DNA of 64,000 nt from Octopus vulgaris (GCA_951406725.2 OX597834.1:45756001-45820000), one strand, 5' to 3'. Positions 11,830-26,144 are shown, counted from the first letter of the stretch. The notes: generated from the letters alone by a model not told the origin. Program-made: numbers and translations.

Positions 11830-11985
11830 CCTCTCCGCTTTCTGCCTATCAGATCCACTTACAAGCTTTCGATGCCCGTGGTTAAAGTAGAAGTCCACTG
11901 GCCAACGTGTCACGCTCCAGGACTGAATTGGGAACCATGGGGGTTGAGAAGCAAACTCCTTACCATACGCCCCCATCATGCGCCT
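11830..11985 (-). mobile_element. Degenerate SINE family A copy
   Basis: ATCCACTTACAAGCTTT...GGACTGAATTGGGAACCATGG...GCAAACTCCTTACCATAC matches the reverse complement of the family A 5' half. Confidence 0.6.
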
Positions 11986-12936
11986 AATATCATAATATCA
12001 TTTAATCCCGCATTCCAACAACAGGGACATCTTCTCGTTTTCCCGCTTTTCACTTTCGGATATTTGAAATAGTAAAAGATCATCTATCATTTGCTGGTAC
12101 CAATATAAGTTACAATGATCAATTTCCAATTTCCTCCTTCCTATATTTATAGATCCAGTTGCCCAGTGATCAGAGAGCAATATATAATTTATTAAACACG
12201 TGTGAAATAAATAATTTCGTTTCGAAATCACAAGGATTTATCGATCAGTAACTAAAATTTTATTGGCTTCGCAACCCAACTGAAATGGCTTCAGTTATAT
12301 TCGCCCGTTTTCCTGATATGCAATACTTGCTCAAAGTAAAGATGAATCGCACCAAAATGGAAATTAATTCAAGTAATATATTTTGCCATTTTGTTAGATG
12401 AGATCATACCCAGTAAACATTGTGATAGAGTATGCGTTTGCATAAAAGTTCTGCATAAATGGGCTTAATATTCCAAACCAAAATTGGTACAAGGTTGTGT
12501 ATTATCATTGGTAAAAGAGACATGTAGGTAGATTTTCATCGACTGATTAAATTTTATGAGCAACGAGAGTGGATCGATACGGTAATTACCAGTCAGTTTA
12601 AACGTCTCGTGTTACGAGCGAATTAGAAAGCAGCCTGTGCCAACAAGGGAGACAAAAGCGAAAAAGAATGGAATTCAATAATGCAATTTATTCGATTTTA
12701 GCAAACTTTCGTTTCCTCTTCTTCGTCCAATGAAATCGTGACATGGCGTTTATCAACCAGATTGATAAGTGTCATGCTTGCAACTCTTCGTCTTTGAATC
12801 ACTTCGATAACTTTTTGCGTATCTAAAATTATGAAATGATCTGTATATACGCATATATGCAAACGTGTATCGGGGTGGTATGACTATGTATGCATGTATA
12901 TGTGTGTATGTATGTCAGTGTTTGCCTATATGTATA

Positions 12937-13324
12937 CTGTGTGGTAAGTAGCTTGCTTACCAACCACATGGTTCGGGGTTCAGTCCCACTGCGTGGCACC
13001 TTGGGCAAGTGTCATCTACTATAGCTTCGGGCCGACCAAACCCTTGTGAGTGGATTTGGTAATCGGAAACTGAAAGAAGCCCGTCGCATATATGTCTATA
13101 TGTCTATGTATGTGTGTGTATATGTTTGTGTGTCTGTGTTTGTCCCCCCAACATCGCTTGACAACCGATGCTGGTGTGTTTACGTTCCCGTAACCTATTG
13201 GTTCGGCAAAAGAGACCGATAGCATTAGGCCTCGGCTGACAAAGAATAAGTCCTGGGATCGACTTGCTCCACTAAAGACGGTGCTTCAGCATGGCCACCG
13301 TCAAATGATTGAAACAAGTAAAAG
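12937..13324 (+). mobile_element. tRNA-derived SINE family A, near full length
   Basis: B-box-like GGTTCAGTCCC, CORE-like CCTTGGGCAAGTG, internal (TA/TG) microsatellite after AAGCCCGTCG, tail GAAACAAGTAAAAG. Homologous to the 24785 and 43689 copies. Confidence 0.9.
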
Positions 13325-13790
13325 AAAGTAAACAGAGAGAGTATTAAAGAAGAAAAGGGAGAGTTTTAACAGATAACATCAACTTATTAACATTTTGTCA
13401 ATTTGCATTGCCTACAATTGTTTCCATATTCAACTCATTGAAATTACAAATTTATAAATTAAAACAGCATTTTGAAAATTACGAGTTAAATATTTCTTCA
13501 GAGTGAAAATATGACACGAAAGTAATCACATCTCGATCGATTGAGTCTTCTCATATTAACATTCATATATTTATAAAAACGTTTTAAGGGTAAATGCATT
13601 TTGTTTTTATTTTTTCTGTGTGTACCTGGACTCCATAATGTGTCTAATAATTTTTTAAAATATTAAATAATAAACACCAATACTACAAAGTAAAACGTTA
13701 CTCAGGAGTATTTCATCGATTCATCGGATTAAACCAGGGAGACGTGGATGCTTTCTGTCCCCGCAATATCATATAACATGCACACACACT

Positions 13791-13822
<32 letters not shown>

Positions 13823-13859
13823 ATCCAAACAAGAAAACACAGAAAAAAAGAGAAAAAAG

Positions 13860-14030
13860 AGAGAAAAAAACACAGCAACGCAGGACGTGGAACAATTAAA
13901 GTATTATTGACGCTCAGGAAAGAAGGGAAGGAGTGTTTAACGTTTCGAGCGGAGCTCTTCGTCGGAAACAAGGAGAAGGAAAGATCCCGAGGAGGGAAGA
14001 CAGAGGAGAAAATATTTGAGCTGGTGGTGC
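13860..14030 (-). mobile_element. Penelope-like terminal repeat fragment carrying a hammerhead motif
   Basis: Homologous to 52650-52815 (CAACGC.AGGACGTGGAA...GCTCAGGAAAGAA...CGTTTCGAGCGGAGCTCTTC). Confidence 0.6.
13934..13970 (-). ncRNA. Minimal type I hammerhead motif (core variant CCGACGA)
   Basis: Minus strand: TGTTT-CCGACGA-A-GAGC TCC GCTC-GAAA-CG-T-T-AAACA. 5-bp stem I, 4-bp stem II, palindromic ACGT stem III. Confidence 0.65.
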
Positions 14031-14071
14031 TCAAGAGATCACATGTTGTATATATAAATACACAGATCGAT

Positions 14072-14430
<359 letters not shown>

Positions 14431-14515
14431 GTTGACAGCTTTCCTGTTTCAAAGCAAACAACGTCATAAAATAACTTTCTTTGATACACACACACACACA
14501 CACGCGCGCGATAAA

Positions 14516-15270
14516 TCTTGTATACGAGTTGTTATTTGTCTCTTTGTGCACGAGGTAAATTACGGCTCAAATTCAATTGAAATGACCTTTTTTCTATTCT
14601 GAAATGTATGTTTGTGATGAGCGTGTTTCAAAACCTGATGTTCGATATCAATTTAAAAGGAACACTAAAATTTCCTTCCCAAACGTTCAATAAGCACCTC
14701 ACCACTTTCAAAAAAAACTGCAAACTCCCAATGTTTCACATTCAGCGTTTGGGAAAGCGGGGAAGTTTCTTCAGACATAATGTTGTTTACGTGTTGTTTC
14801 TAGCTGTCGGGTTTTCCGGTGGTATTGTAGTATTTTTTACGTCTGCTAAGTCAGTACAGTTCTACGCATGCGTGAAGCAGCCCACGAATTTAAAACATTC
14901 GGAGATTTTAGATTTTTGAAAGCGGGTAGGTAATATGAAGGGGTTTTAAATGTTTCTTTAAGAAAAATTAAAATCTGGAAAAAAGCATTTCCCAGAAAAA
15001 ATATATAATTAAGAAATTTCGATGAGGATGAGGGGAAATTAAAACTTCGAAAATGTGATTTCTGGGCAAACTTTTATTAACCTCCATTTATAGGATGAAA
15101 CAAATTGTACCCCCCACCCTCACTTTAAATAACAAACAATAACTTTCTTTACGCCAGGAATCTAGCTAACTATATATCAGGTGTGTTGATTCTGCCCTTA
15201 AGAAAGGAACAAATAATACACTATGTCTGTAGGTAATAACACCCGGGCAACGCCGGGCTTGCATTACTAG
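14516..15270 (+). mobile_element. Non-autonomous Helitron (3' end confident, 5' boundary tentative)
   Basis: 3' hairpin CCCGGGCAACGCCGGG (15242-15257), then 9 nt, then CTAG (15267-15270) followed by T. Candidate A|TC start at 14515-14517. Confidence 0.65.
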
Positions 15271-15945
15271 TATGTATATATGTATGTATCTGTATGTATA
15301 TGGTGGTGTTTGTCTACTCCTTATGCAGAGTTTGACCGCCTCCTGTACCTACACCCTAGAAACATCATCATGACATCAGATGTGGCTTTTGAAACTAATG
15401 TTCTGAAAAGACATAGATTGCACCTTCCGATTTTGACCGTCAAGAGCTGCAGGTAAATTCTGGTCTTTGTGGATCTTAAAATCTCTTTTGACACCTCCGT
15501 TGGATTTGTAAACCTTCTGGCATACATATAAAAATATATAAGCATGTATATATAAATATGCGTGTGTGTCTGTGTGTCTGTGTGTGTGTGTGTATTTATT
15601 TATTCATTTAGATTTTACAGGGGAAAAAATTATATTTCTGTTCATGAATTCCACAAAAATATTTTAACTTCTTAAAAAGACAAAAAACATTGCTTCGGCA
15701 AAACCACCAACAACATAAATAACCTAAAAAGAAAAGAAGAACCACAAAAACAACTACCATAAATAAAGATAGAATACTTCTGTTGCAAAGTGGATGTTGT
15801 CCTTAATTGAGTTTAGGAAATAGCGTAAAAAAATAAATAAAAAATATACTTTTTATTTATAAATTGATAAATAAAGCTGAAAATCTATAAATGGTTGAAA
15901 TAAATTATAAACATAATTATGTTAACCAAATAAATAAAAAGATTA

Positions 15946-16010
<65 letters not shown>

Positions 16011-16097
16011 GTATGTATGTATGTATGTATGTATATGTATATATATATATGTATGTATATGTATATATATATGTATGTATGTATTGTGTATGATAAC

Positions 16098-16149
<52 letters not shown>

Positions 16150-16155
16150 TAGGTT

Positions 16156-16191
<36 letters not shown>

Positions 16192-16267
16192 CTAACATAC
16201 ATACATATAACAGAAATATATATGTTACATAAACACTTGAAAGAAATTTTTATATATATATATATAT

Positions 16268-16306
<39 letters not shown>

Positions 16307-16635
16307 AAAATATATACATATATATATACATTTTAAAATATATATATATATTTAAAGAAAAAAATATATATATATACATATATATATATATATGTATGTA
16401 TGTATAAACAGAAAGAGAAAAACAGGAAATAATGGAGAAATACTCATATACACTTAAATGGATAGAGAACGAGAGAGAGAGAGAGGAAATAGGTGGGTAA
16501 TTCACGGCATTGTTCTTATTTATTCTGTTCTTTCTTTTATCGAGAAAACTCCTTTTATAGAACTTTTAGCGCTGATTCAATATTTTCAATCTCGCCACCT
16601 AACTACACTTACATACATGTATACACACACACGCA

Positions 16636-16676
<41 letters not shown>

Positions 16677-17679
16677 TTACACACACACACACACACACAC
16701 AAACACATAAATATTTAAATTCTTACATATATATACATATATATTTATATACATACACACATAGATGTTTACATACACACACACAGAAACATACATACAC
16801 AAATATACGAACATTCACTCATAACACACATAGGCGCACAACCACACACACATACACTCACACACACAAACACTCACAAATACACACAAATCACAAAGAT
16901 ACATACATACATACATACATATATATATATATACACACACATATATATACACCATTACCAGCGTCGGAAAATATGAAATGGACAATGATTGGGAAACAGC
17001 TAGGAAAAGGAGAAGAAAGAGGGAAAAAAGGTTCACGCTGTAAATGATGACCCCTATCCGACACCCACTTTACCCAAACCACTCCCTATAGACACCAGCT
17101 CTCTCCGTGCCCCACCTAAAATCAAGACAAACACAAACGCACAGGATCCCCAAATTTCCCCACCCACGCCCTTGAAAAATCATGTTCTATTTTAAGGTTG
17201 AGAAAAGGAAGAACTGTATGTCAAAGATAGACTTGTGGGACAATGTTATAAAAGTGGAGGGATCAGAAGTGAAGGGGCGTGCCCGAGTACATTGGTTGTG
17301 TAGTGGCAGACCCAGGATATATGTTGGAATTGAAGGTCTATGAAGAAAATCATGACTGTCGGGGGTGGGTCAAGAAATCCGACAGCAGCTCAATTCCGAA
17401 ACAAGCAGCTTTCAGGATATTTCAAAAAATAAAACATAACGAAAACATTCTTCGGAAGGATGGAAATTGGCTGTCGCTAAAGAAAGAATTATAAACCAGT
17501 TTTTTTTTTTAAAAGGTTTGTATCAACAAGTTCAATGAAGTCGCTCAGAGGTGTGGCCGAGCGGCTTCATTTCATCTTTCATTATCTTTAATTCATCATT
17601 CTCATTCGTTTTGTGCTTTTCTTTTTTCTTTTGTCCCCACCTTGTCCCTTCTATGTATGGCTTCCATGGCCAATTTTAA

Positions 17680-17890
17680 AAAAATAGAGAAGCTTACTTC
17701 CGAACCACATGGTCCCAATTGCGTGGCACCTTGAGTGAGTGTCTTCAACCATAGATTCGAGGTGACCAAAGTCTTTTAAGTGGATTTTATCGCTATAAGG
17801 AACCGATAAAATAATTCCTAGGCTGACAAGAATAAGTAATGGGGTCGACTGAAGGTGGTGCTCCAGCATGACCGCAGTCAAAATAACCAA
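17680..17890 (+). mobile_element. Degenerate SINE family A copy
   Basis: AACCACATGGT..GCGTGGCACCTTGAG..GTGTCTTC..GGTGCTCCAGCATGACCGCAGTCAAA. Confidence 0.7.
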
Positions 17891-17955
17891 AATTTACAAT
17901 AGACCAAAAGCCATGTATATATATATATATTTATATACGTGAGTGTATGTGCGTG

Positions 17956-17992
<37 letters not shown>

Positions 17993-18385
17993 ATTCTGTT
18001 AGTAGTTACGTTTAAACTCATTTGGTTGCTATGTTCACTGTCCTAGCTAACACCGTTTATAGCCCACATATCCCAAATTTGATAACGCCTTCCTTTTCAT
18101 ATTGAACATTATATAATCTAACACGCCCTTCACTCAATTTTTTGAAAGACTAGAGTGAAACTTGAATAAACTTTACTGGTATTTCTAGCTAGAAGCTCTA
18201 CGTATTCATTTTAAAATGTTGGAGCCGAAATGACCTGAGTGTGTTAAGAGAGTGAAAACGTCCTTCGTAACATGATATATGAGATAATTTCAAATTTAAC
18301 AGAATACAAAAACCAACATATAACGCACTGTGTACATATATGCATACATACATCCATATATAATTATGTGTATGTACATATATAC

Positions 18386-18448
<63 letters not shown>

Positions 18449-18468
18449 AAAATACATACATACATACA

Positions 18469-18503
<35 letters not shown>

Positions 18504-19208
18504 TAAATGTAATATGATATATAACATGGTAAATTTAATGCAACCTTCACATAGTTATCGAATATCTCAGAGACAGATCTCTGGTGATTTACGTCGAGAA
18601 AATTCTTCATTGGAAAGAAACAAAGATCATTCTCGTAACGAGCCGCTGGATATTAACGCATGCGCGCAAGTATGTCTGTATGTATTTGTGTAGACATGTG
18701 TGCATATCTGAGAATGAATGCGTCTTTGATTAATGACTGCGTTCAGTGGAGGCGTCGCTGTCTTGAGGGATTGCTGCAAATATATGCGTCGGAAATCTGC
18801 ATTGTATGCACGGCTGGTATATAAACATGTTAAAAATCTATCAACACACACACACACACACACCCATTTATATACAAACGCATATATATATATAATTAAA
18901 TGCACGCATGTGCGCCTTTCAATACATGTGTTTGTGTATTTGTGTATGTGTTTCTGTAAAAGTTTATAAATGCGTCTTCATAATCTCTAAAGTATACCTA
19001 TATTCTCCAACGTTTGTCAAACGAGTTTCCTTGTGTGAATTCACTTCAATCTATATGTGTGTGTTAAGTATGCATTGTATTCATGTATAATGTACATAAA
19101 TATGCAGCGGTGTATATATGATACATGTGTGTATGCATGTATGTAAGACTGTATAAAAATATATATGATTTTTAACTACGTTCCTGTATGTGTGCGTTGA
19201 ATTTGTAT

Positions 19209-19393
<185 letters not shown>

Positions 19394-19567
19394 TAGTGTC
19401 GGCTTAGGGCTTGGATACACTGTAGAGTTTCCCATGGGCGTTACTCGTTCAGCGGACCAATTCTGATCTATGCATATTTTTGCTTGATGTTAATCAAGAA
19501 ATTCTACTGCGATTCGTGCAGTATTGTGCTCGGGGTTGGGGTCAAAATATTGATAATAATAACAATG

Positions 19568-19612
<45 letters not shown>

Positions 19613-19619
19613 AATGAGT

Positions 19620-20165
19620 AAACAATTCATGAAAAATTAGTTTGTAAAGATATCATTCCTTGTTATGATCCAATGTAACGATATAATAAATGATAACAGA
19701 ATCAATAATAATAATAAAACCATTAAATAGCTGAAAGGATTAAAATTAATCAAAGGATATACTAAGTATATGTCTCTGCTGAAAATAACAGTCAGAACTC
19801 TTATTTAAATCGCCAAAATACACTGATGATAACTACAGGAATTAACAGAAGACAAATCAGATTAAGACAATCTCCCAGGATGCATTTAAGTATTTGGACT
19901 CACGTGAACCGGTTTCTGCACGGGCAAAAATAGCCTTAGCTTCCTCAGCAGGCGTCACCAGGATAGACACTCCCAGCCTGTCGTTTTGAAGTCTGCGCTG
20001 CAATTGATTCGTTTTGCGCCGAAATCGTGGCAGCCACCAATGTGAAGATGATCTCGATATAGGAGCAAGCAATTCACGAGAAAAATAATTCACGAACATA
20101 ATATCATTAATTCTATTACTATCCAATGTAACTTTAAAAAATGATAATAACGGAATCAATAGTAT
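19620..20165 (-). mobile_element. Hammerhead-containing ~450-bp unit with diverged direct repeats (Penelope pLTR / retrozyme-like)
   Basis: CAATTCA..GAAAAAT..ATATCATT..ATCCAATGTAAC..ATAAC.GAATCAATA at about 19623-19710 and 20070-20162; hammerhead between them; (TA)n flanks. Confidence 0.5.
19902..19956 (-). ncRNA. Type I hammerhead motif with canonical CUGAGGA/GAAA core
   Basis: Minus strand: ACG(CC)TG-CTGAGGA-A-GC TAA GGC TATTTTT GCC CGT GC-A-GAAA-CCGG-T-T-CACGT. Palindromic ACCGGT stem III, bulged stem I. Confidence 0.55.
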
Positions 20166-20185
20166 AGGTGATTGCAGGCCCAACA

Positions 20186-20225
<40 letters not shown>

Positions 20226-20235
20226 TATATATATA

Positions 20236-20690
20236 TTCTTTTATTCTTTTATTCTCCAGCTGATGTAGTCCAGTCAAGTATTTCGATGGCACATCGGGTG
20301 CAGAAGAGAAGTTGACATCGCTGCCCTCAACTGTGTCTCATTTTGAGCCATCGGTTCATCTGGTATCGTGGGTAGGAAATTGTCGAGTTTTGCTTTGAAG
20401 ACCTCTATATCCATGCCTTTCAGTTCTCTCAATTGTTTTGGCAGGGCTTTAAAGAGCTGAGGTCCTCTGAAACCGAAGTTGTTGCAATACCTTGTTCTTA
20501 TGTGAGATGCAGTCGACGGCACCCTTCGTACTATGCAGTGGGGACTTGTGCGGGCATTCGTATAGTACTTGATGCCAAAGTTTGGTACCGGTCCTTCCAG
20601 CATTTTCTATATGTAAAATATTATATACCTCTCCCGCCTGATCTCCACGTAATAGAGGTTTCAGTGCATTGAGTCGCTCCCTGTAGTTCT
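20236..20690 (-). pseudogene. 3' fragment of a CR1/L2-group LINE ORF2 (C-terminus), 5'-truncated
   Basis: Frameshifted NYRERLNALK...RERYIIF..MLEGPVPNFG...FGFRGPQLFKALPKQLR...FKAKLDNFLPTIPDEP is a typical post-RT C-terminus; (GAATAAAA)n tail. Confidence 0.8.
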
Positions 20691-21500
20691 TATATATATA
20701 TATATACATATATATATATTATGAGTGTGTATGTGTGTGTGTGTGTGCATGTAGATAAATAATTGCATATGTAAACTGTAAGTACATATACGTATAAACC
20801 TACATAGAGACACTCAGACGCACAATGTCTGCCTATTCATGAATCTATATCCCGATATATGAATGTGTGTACCTATTTTTAGATGTATAGATATATGTGC
20901 GTATGCATTTGTGTCTCTGTGTCTCTATATTTATGTGCGTTTGCGTCTGTATATATATATATATATATATATATACATTTACATATATAGCATATTTATA
21001 TACATATGTACGCACCTATATATACATACACACAGGCATTAATATTTGCACGCACTTATATAATATTACATGGATAATTGATAAACGGAGGCTGTGTTTT
21101 ATTAGAGACTGTTTATCGTTCGATGTGAGATGATATCAATATGAAATGCAGGGCGCCCATTAAACCGAATTCGCTGGCTATTTAATTGACAGGCAGATTA
21201 TTCGAGTCCTGTAGTTATACATTCTTTATGGGAAATCATCAAATTTAACATAGAACAGTACACATTGACCTGCCATCCATTCGAATATGTGAGGATCACC
21301 CATGGTTTCCTGTTGATGGTGATTGCTGTCATGTTGAGTGGTTTCTTGCACATTAGACATCCTCATCTATTTGTTTCTGTACACACACACACACACACAC
21401 ACACTCACACACACACATATATATATATATATATGTGTGTGCATGTAAGTATGTATATGTGCATATATATATATACTTGCATATACGTATATACACACAC

Positions 21501-21547
<47 letters not shown>

Positions 21548-21657
21548 AATATATATGCATATACATATATTTATAAATGCATATATACACACACACATAT
21601 ATAAATATATATATATTTACAGATATACACATACATATATATATATGTATACATATA

Positions 21658-21715
<58 letters not shown>

Positions 21716-23328
21716 TTATACACATATATATATATACACGCACACACGTACATATATGTATTGTATTGTGGGTGATGTAAACTATATATTAAATATTTAC
21801 TGGGAAGCTACACAGGGGCGACTGTCAACAATTTATGTAAGAAACACGCACCCTCGTGCGCACCTGCATTTTGTATGAACACAAACACGACCACGCTCGT
21901 GCATACATAGGTACACACGCATGCGTACATGCATTGACACTTTGTTATAAATATGGTCCTATGATGGCATTCACTACATTTGTGATGGGGACGAGGAGGT
22001 GGAGAAGCATGAGAAGGAGGCGGAAAAGCAAGAAAAGGAGAAAGCAGAGGAGGAGGAGGAGGTCGATGGCGGTCGTAATGATGTGAAGCACGATGACGAT
22101 GACAATTATGATGATTATTTTAATAATGACAAAGAATAATACGAAGAGGAATAATGACGGTCATGTGACCGTCGTTGTTGCTACTTCTACGCTGAAGATG
22201 ATGATGATGGTTCTGTACACGATGAAGGTAGTGGTGAAGGTGACAATGATGTGGTGGACGAGGAGTAAGAGGAGAGGTGGAGGAAGAGAAGAAGAGAAGA
22301 TGGAAGAACATATGTAATTCTACTTCAAACAATTAGTTTCCGAGATCAAATCTCATCGCTGTGACTTTTGAATTTCAACCAATTGTATTTTCAATGAATC
22401 TTTGTCGTCTGCTTCGTTGGTGATGAACTTAAGGTATTCCAAGCTGAAGAAATAACAACTATATATTATATCACAACTATAACAACTATATATTATATTA
22501 TTTTGCCTGTTTAAATCCCTTACATAAATTTTCCCTAAACGTTCGTTCTTGTTCTCTGAGCTTTAGCCTTGTTTCGTATGTTCCCTGTGATACTAAGCTT
22601 TCCTTTCATAAGTCGTAGATTATTCTGGTAAATATGCCATGTGTATCACGTGGTATACATGTCAGGCAAAGTGTTAAAAAGCAAAGAATACATAATGCAA
22701 TACCTATATTATTCACTGATACGTATGAAAAACGTATTGGCGTGGCTGGAACGTCTTTGATTATAATGTCTGCTTGATCAAAAGATTAGTTTGAGTAAAG
22801 TACTACCACAATTACCACCACCGCCACTACTGCCACAAACTATAAACTCAGGAATTAATGCAAAATCTTTTTTGTTTTAATTAAATATTTATCAAGTTTT
22901 CTTAATTATTAAATAGAATAGATTAGAAATCGTTGGATGAATTTAATTATTCCTACTACCACCGACACTATGACTACTAACACAACATCCACCACTGCAT
23001 ACCGAACAAGAGAAACAGCAGCAACAACAGCAACCACACCACTATCACCACCTGGTAACAAAAAAGAAATGGAAAATTTTAAAAAATGTTTAAAAATATA
23101 AAAACATGAAAGTCCAAACGAAAAGAAAATGGCGGTTAGAGTGAGATGACGTAATTGCCAGAAATATTCCACCTCCCCGAATAAACGGGGAAATTAAAGC
23201 AAACGTCGCAATAAATGGTAACAAAACCAACGACAACAGCTGTTCAGTCGCGTAGCTGTAACCGCTGTTGCTTATGCTGCTGCTGCTACTGCTGCTACTG
23301 TAAGTACTACTACTAATGCTGCTACAAA

Positions 23329-23365
<37 letters not shown>

Positions 23366-23641
23366 GTTGCTGCTGCTGTTGCTGTCACCATATATCGAAA
23401 ACAAAACATACTTGGCACTGTTTATGAAAGATGTACTGCACTCTTCTGTGTTATTTCAAAATACGCTATTACGAGTAATTATTAATGTATGTATACATAT
23501 ATGTATACTCCCACATACCAGGTATACCCAGGCATACCTATGCATATTTAGGCGCTATTCAAAGCAGACATTCAGGTGATAATTCAACTTGAACACTAAG
23601 AGTATGTTAAATATAAATATATATATATATTTATATATATA

Positions 23642-23720
23642 GGCGCAGGAGTGGCTATGTGGTAAGTAGCTTGTTTACCAACCACATGGTTCCGGGTTCA
23701 GTCCCACTGCGTGGCACCTT
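23642..23720 (+). mobile_element. SINE family A tRNA-like head only
   Basis: GGCGCAGGAGTGGCTATGTGGTAAG (A box)...CCGGGTTCAGTCCCACTGCGTGGCACCTT (B box). Confidence 0.85.
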
Positions 23721-23748
23721 AAGAAGCCAGGTTCGAAATTTCCCCCAA

Positions 23749-23794
23749 GACACCTGATGAAGACTGGAGAGTATATCAGCAGAAACATTGTGTT
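23749..23794 (+). ncRNA. Decayed minimal hammerhead motif in a Penelope-like repeat (~23721-23890)
   Basis: GACAC-CTGATGA-AGA-CTG GAGAGTATAT CAG-CA-GAAA-CA-T-T-GTGTT. Stem I intact; stem III reads ACAT rather than palindromic ACGT. Confidence 0.5.
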
Positions 23795-24784
23795 AACAAC
23801 AAACAAGATGAGGACAAATATTCGCCAAATTTAAATAATGTATATAATATAAATAACGTACATAATTCCTCATCTCTTAAATACAGAACATTCGTTTATA
23901 ATTCTTTTGCTTCCTCGTCACTTGTCGATCGACAATCCACAGATAGAATGATTCAAAGCTTTAAATGTTTAGTACTGGTGTCCGTTTGTACGACTAAGCA
24001 CTTGCAGGCAGCGAACCAACTTGGCTGGGCGTGAAATTTCTACAGTAATTTCTAGTAACATCAAATGATGTTCTACTTTTCATATACATGGAAACGTGAA
24101 ATAGCTGAATGCGGAATACTTACTGAACTCTGATTATCTTTTGACAATGCATACACAAACGCACGCGAACGCTCGTGTGTATGCATGTATACACAACCAC
24201 ATAGTCATACCTACGAAGTATACCGAAAAGTTGCTGGCTTTAAGGGTGTCGCGATGGGACTCGACAGAGTTATTTTACAAAACTTAGAGACACTGAAGGT
24301 CCGCTGAATTGAGTTTGTGTATCTGAGAGTGGAACATGTTGAATAAAATCATAATTAACTGATCTCTATTTTCTTTTACCCGAAGCCGGTAACTATTGAG
24401 CACCAATTCGTATATGTATTCCCTTCGTATATAGGCATACACATTCATACAAACACTATATATATATATATATATATATTCATCATACAAGCACATACAT
24501 CCACATATATCAACATATAGATATATAGATAGATAGATAGATATGGAAATAATAATAATAATGATTATGAAGGAATTGTTAATTAGATTTATTATATACT
24601 TCTATTGAATGTCTTTAAATTTTCCACGAAAATGAAATAGAATGGATTGAATCGAAATCCAATAAAATAAACGAAAATAAAGTATATTTAATACAGTTAA
24701 GAATTATGTGCGTATATACATATGCACACACATACACACACTCATATATGTGAATATATATATTTATAAATATATATATATAAA

Positions 24785-24932
24785 GGCGCAGGAGTTGCTG
24801 AGTGGTAAGTAGCTTGCTTACCAACCACATGGTTCGGGTTCAGTCCCTCGGCCTGGCACATTTGTCATGTGTCTTCTACTGTGGCCTCGGGCCGACCAAA
24901 CCTTAAAAAGAAGCTGAAAGAAGCCTGTCGTA

Positions 24933-25002
<70 letters not shown>

Positions 25003-25125
25003 AAGAGCGATAGAATAAGTACTAGGCTTACAAAGAGTAAGACCTGTGGTCGATTTGCTCGACTAAATGCGGTGCTCCAGCATGGCCAAGGTGAAATGAC
25101 TGAAACAAGTAAAAGATTAAAAGAG
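24785..25125 (+). mobile_element. SINE family A with internal deletions and a (TA)n centre
   Basis: Head GGCGCAGGAGTTGCTGAGTGG; tail GGTGCTCCAGCATGGCC..GACTGAAACAAGTAAAAG. Confidence 0.85.
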
Positions 25126-25141
25126 TATACGCAAGCACACG

Positions 25142-25210
<69 letters not shown>

Positions 25211-26098
25211 GTATATATACGTGCGTATACATTTCTGTTTGTGTATATACATGTATACGTATTTGTGTGTATGTGTGTATGTCAATTTGCCCCCGCGTAT
25301 GCGTGTATATGTGAATGAACACTTAAGTGAGTGTGTAGGTGTATATTTGTATGGCTTAATGATTATCGGTGAATAACATCTTTTTTTCCTCTCTCTTTCT
25401 TTCTCCGTCTTATTTAACGCCGAGAAACAGATTTGCTTTGCGTCCGCCATATTTGTTGGTAGAATTAACAGCAGTTTTGCTATCGTGCAGTCATTATTTT
25501 AACCAGTCTTCTGGGTAACATTTCTACATTATTCCGTATCATTATTTGGATCTTAATTATTTTGGTTATATTGATTCTTTTAATCAGATTATCGATAGCA
25601 AATATTGAAAGAACCCTGGCAAAACATAAGGAAAAATTAGAAAGAAATAAAAAGAAGAATAACAATTAACAAAGTAAGAAATAAAAAAAAAATCCGTAAT
25701 ATTTTTCTCATCTGTTTTACACATTCTCGGTTATAGCTGTTTGCCCAGCTTACCCGAAAATAGTTGCTAATCCTGTTATATTAAGATGGGTGTTTGATTG
25801 ATTAAGGTACGGTTGCATTTCTCTAGAGGGTACGTTGCTCATTTTCTCTGATTAAGAATCCCACTTTGCAATCGATAACTATTTTCGCGTTATCTACGTT
25901 AACTGTGTCGTGCCCGTATGTGTGTGTGAGCGCGCATGTGTGTGTGTGTGTGATCTTTGCGTTTGTGTTTGTCATACACACCACTTGGAAATCGGGTGTT
26001 GGTTTGTCTACATTCCCATAATTCAGTGGTTTGGCATAAAACATCTTTGGAATAAATCCTGTCAGTGTTTGCCATGTGAGCGATTAGGTAGACGGAAA

Positions 26099-26144
<46 letters not shown>

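Noticed and set aside
12937-13005. tRNA gene
   Set aside because: A/B-box-like heads continue into SINE bodies and lack a full cloverleaf; these are SINEs.
19822-19850. CTGATGA motif
   Set aside because: No downstream GAAA or supporting stems.
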